The position numbers and the translations under genes were made by a program. Under the pieces are notes generated by a model. That model saw only the letters and a program-made list of their open reading frames with translations. It did not search any database and was not told the origin of the DNA. Below, piece by piece: positions 61,364 to 64,000 of a stretch of 64,000 nucleotides of DNA. The stretch comes from Psammoneis japonica (taxonomy: Eukaryota): NCBI GenBank assembly GCA_008632985.1, contig QPGO01000079.1:124001-188000 (forward strand), written 5' to 3'. Positions within the stretch are counted from its first letter, which is position 1, and every line of letters starts with the position of its first letter.

Positions 61364-63550
61364 ACTTCCAAAATTGCCATCTTTTTCCTTTTTCTTCCTT
61401 GTTCAGTCCGTAAATGCCGCCAGTGTCTGCATGCACCTGGCCCATTTCAGTGGAACAATTCAGGGGTGGAGAAAGTTGTCCTTTTCCATTCTTGATTCGG
61501 GCAATGCATCAGTGGAATTCAAGAGGGAAGGCTTTTTGCGAGACAATCCCTGGCCCATGCCAGGGCCTGTCACAGGCTGAGTGCACCAGCTGATGTGGTG
61601 CTTGCATGAAATGGGGGGCACCTGACAACAAGGATTGCCTGGTGGCAAGGCCTGAAACCTGTGGCCCAGTGTCAGTCTGGGTTGCCAGAGCTGCAAAGGC
61701 TCAAGGCATCTGGGTGGGAACTGCAGCACCCGATCAATCTGTTCATCAGCGTCATTGTGAGGAGTGTGGCTGTGAGATCCAGTGTGGGGGGCAGGAGGTC
61801 CATGATGTGTTCTTGTCAACTTTGCCAGCCATTGGAAATGAGCTGCATGTTCCTGACCAGCAGAGCTGGGACAAGGCAGTGCAGCTTGGGATCAAGTGGT
61901 TGCAAGTGCTCCCCAACTCTGCCTCTTCAACATCACACTTGCCCAGATGACTGGGTGTTGGGCACCCAACAAAGTCACTCACAACATGTGAGCTTTTTGA
62001 TGGGTGGTCTTTGCTTGGTTCATGGACAGCAACATGGCCACATCATTGACAAAGGACAATGGGATTTGCATGTCTGCAATGCTGTTTATGACCATGTTCT
62101 GGCTGATCACATCTGATTGCACTTTCAAGGCAAAGCTTGCTGGTTGGTCACAATCCCTTCAGTCATGCACAACATGTGGATTGACATTTTCTGAGAGATC
62201 ATGTCCACCAAGGCCAAGCTGAGCTGGACTTCAACAAACTTCTTTTGGCCAAGGCAGAGGAGATCTGCTCACAGGTGCCTCCTGCACACATGGGCTTGTG
62301 TGGCTGTTCAAATGTCTCCTTTCTTTGCTCATGCAACAGCGGTGCAAAGTTGTGGCAAGTCCTGCTGACATGCCACTTGGCAGTGCCGCATGAGCTTCTG
62401 CAAGCTCATTCCACAGCAGTGATCACCAGGCATGCAATTCCTTTCACAGTCTCTCTGCTGCTGTTGGTCATCAACCCGGGTGTGGTCCATGCATCTGCAA
62501 CCAAGGTGTTTGAGCCAGCTGCAATCTGTTGGGCAGCACCTGCAGAGCTGGCAGCATTGTGGTTAAATCCAGCACATCTTGCAACACCAGGGAGTGTTGG
62601 TGTGGTGCCTGGAAGATCCAGGCATCTTGCAAGGTGAGACAGGTGGTGGCTCCGGTGGGTGCACCAAGAGGCATGGTGATGGGAAGTTCTTGGATCCCCA
62701 ATGTGCAGGGCTGGGTCAGTGGCAAGTCATTCTTGGTTTGCACACTGTGCCACAGGTGCCCTTTGTGCCAGTGGCATTTGTGTTGTGTGCATCATGTGGC
62801 CACATGACAGATTGGGGTGATTGCCCCCAAGAGGCACATGTCACCCACAAATGCACGGGCGTGTCTGTCAAAACAGGGACAGTGCCATGCACAAGTGTGT
62901 GTTGGTGGGTTTTGTTCTGCATGATGGTGGTGTCCTTGAACAACTCCTGGATGGCCACCAGCTGGGGCACCAGTGTCTCCACTGACATGACTTGGGGCAT
63001 GGCGGGTGCACCCACACTGCTTGCATTGCAAACCATCATGGCAGCAAGTTCTTGGGGTGTGTGTGTGCACCACATTGCTTGGGGGTGGCACTGTGAAGAC
63101 ACCAGTGCACCAGGTGGCTCTGTGCATCCCCTGAAAGGGGTCCTTGTCAGCATTGGTGAAGCACTGGTGACACAGGGGGCAAATCCTGATGGTTGCCCTG
63201 TCACTTCATCCAAACACTTTTTCTGCCCTGACTTTGCTGCATCCAAGACTCAAGCACTTTCTGTGAAGGTGTGGAATGGAAGTTGCAAAAAACGAGAAAA
63301 GCATGGCAGGAACACAGAGCTTTTCTGCACCAAGAGCATTTGCTGTGTCTCAGCTCAGGGGACGGCAGATGCTCCTTGCTGGGCATGAGATTGCGGGCAA
63401 CCTCCTGCTCAACTTGTTGCTGGAGTGAGCAACAGATGATTCATTGCCACAGCTTCTTGTCTTTGCATGCTGTCGAGATGATGAAGCAGGAGACACTGCC
63501 AGACCTGACTGACATTTTGCAGTCGCAGCACAGTCAAGACCCAAGGAAGC
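60790..63550. other. TpA/CpG-depleted degenerate domain, unidentified repeat relic
   Basis: Only a handful of TA in ~2.8 kb. Normal composition resumes at ~63555. Confidence 0.85.
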
Positions 63551-64000
63551 AAAAGCTTACGAGATGGAGCACAACTGCTGACAGTTAAAGATGGCTTTTT
63601 TTTATTATTAAGATCAAAAGCATTCTTTACGCTCAGTTCGAGCCTCCACGGCTGTTTTGATCTGCTGTATATTTTTTTTCTCTGGAGTTGCGTCTCAACA
63701 AATAAAATGGCTGCTCAAGTTTGTATCGTCTACGACTTGTAGGGAGTGCCTCAGGTCTGATTGTCCACAGGTCCAAGGCATCCGTGAAGTACTTGCCCCC
63801 GTGATCCTCTTTTTCTGCAATCACAGTCTGCTTTTCTGTGTATCAAAGACTGTTTGTGAACGATTCTCTTCTCCGTTTCCGTGAGCTCTAACGATTCCAT
63901 CTGCTCGGTCAACGACAATTCCAACTCTCCCACAAAGTCTAAGCACCTGAGATACTAGTAACAAGGTCATCCATCGAGTCTCTCCTCTCTCTTCTTCATA

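Noticed and set aside
63633..64000. Partial gene on the minus strand at the window end
   Set aside because: Composition is normal but there are only short broken ORFs and no recognisable motif

Overview
Eukaryotic nuclear DNA, most likely from a pennate diatom (judged from the 18S). The window holds one complete, apparently solitary rDNA unit (18S-5.8S-28S, with a 102-nt spliceosomal-type intron in the 28S peptidyl-transferase region). Two islands of ordinary host genes are present: UCH, MYND-finger and ApoL-like in one; RmuC-like, TatD, Pkr1-like, F-box/LRR and GAA1 in the other. Between them lies a ~33-kb nested transposon block: a Gypsy LTR element inside a TIR element, a large Sola-like DNA transposon with a 4x 1.79-kb tandem amplification, and a Crypton-like relic with a foldback insertion. 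The strongest signal is compositional. Sharply bounded domains (~1-1.1k, 9.0-12.7k, 16.0-17.6k, 20.1-52.9k, 60.8-63.6k) have almost no TpA. Paralog comparisons (LTR pair, tandem copies) and conserved Tyr codons turned into Cys/His indicate TpA->TpG/CpA transitions on both strands, running ahead of CpG decay. This is the reverse of fungal RIP and looks like a repeat/heterochromatin-targeted hypermutation (or base-modification) system that I do not know to be described. All family assignments are from recalled motifs and manual alignment; no searches were run.
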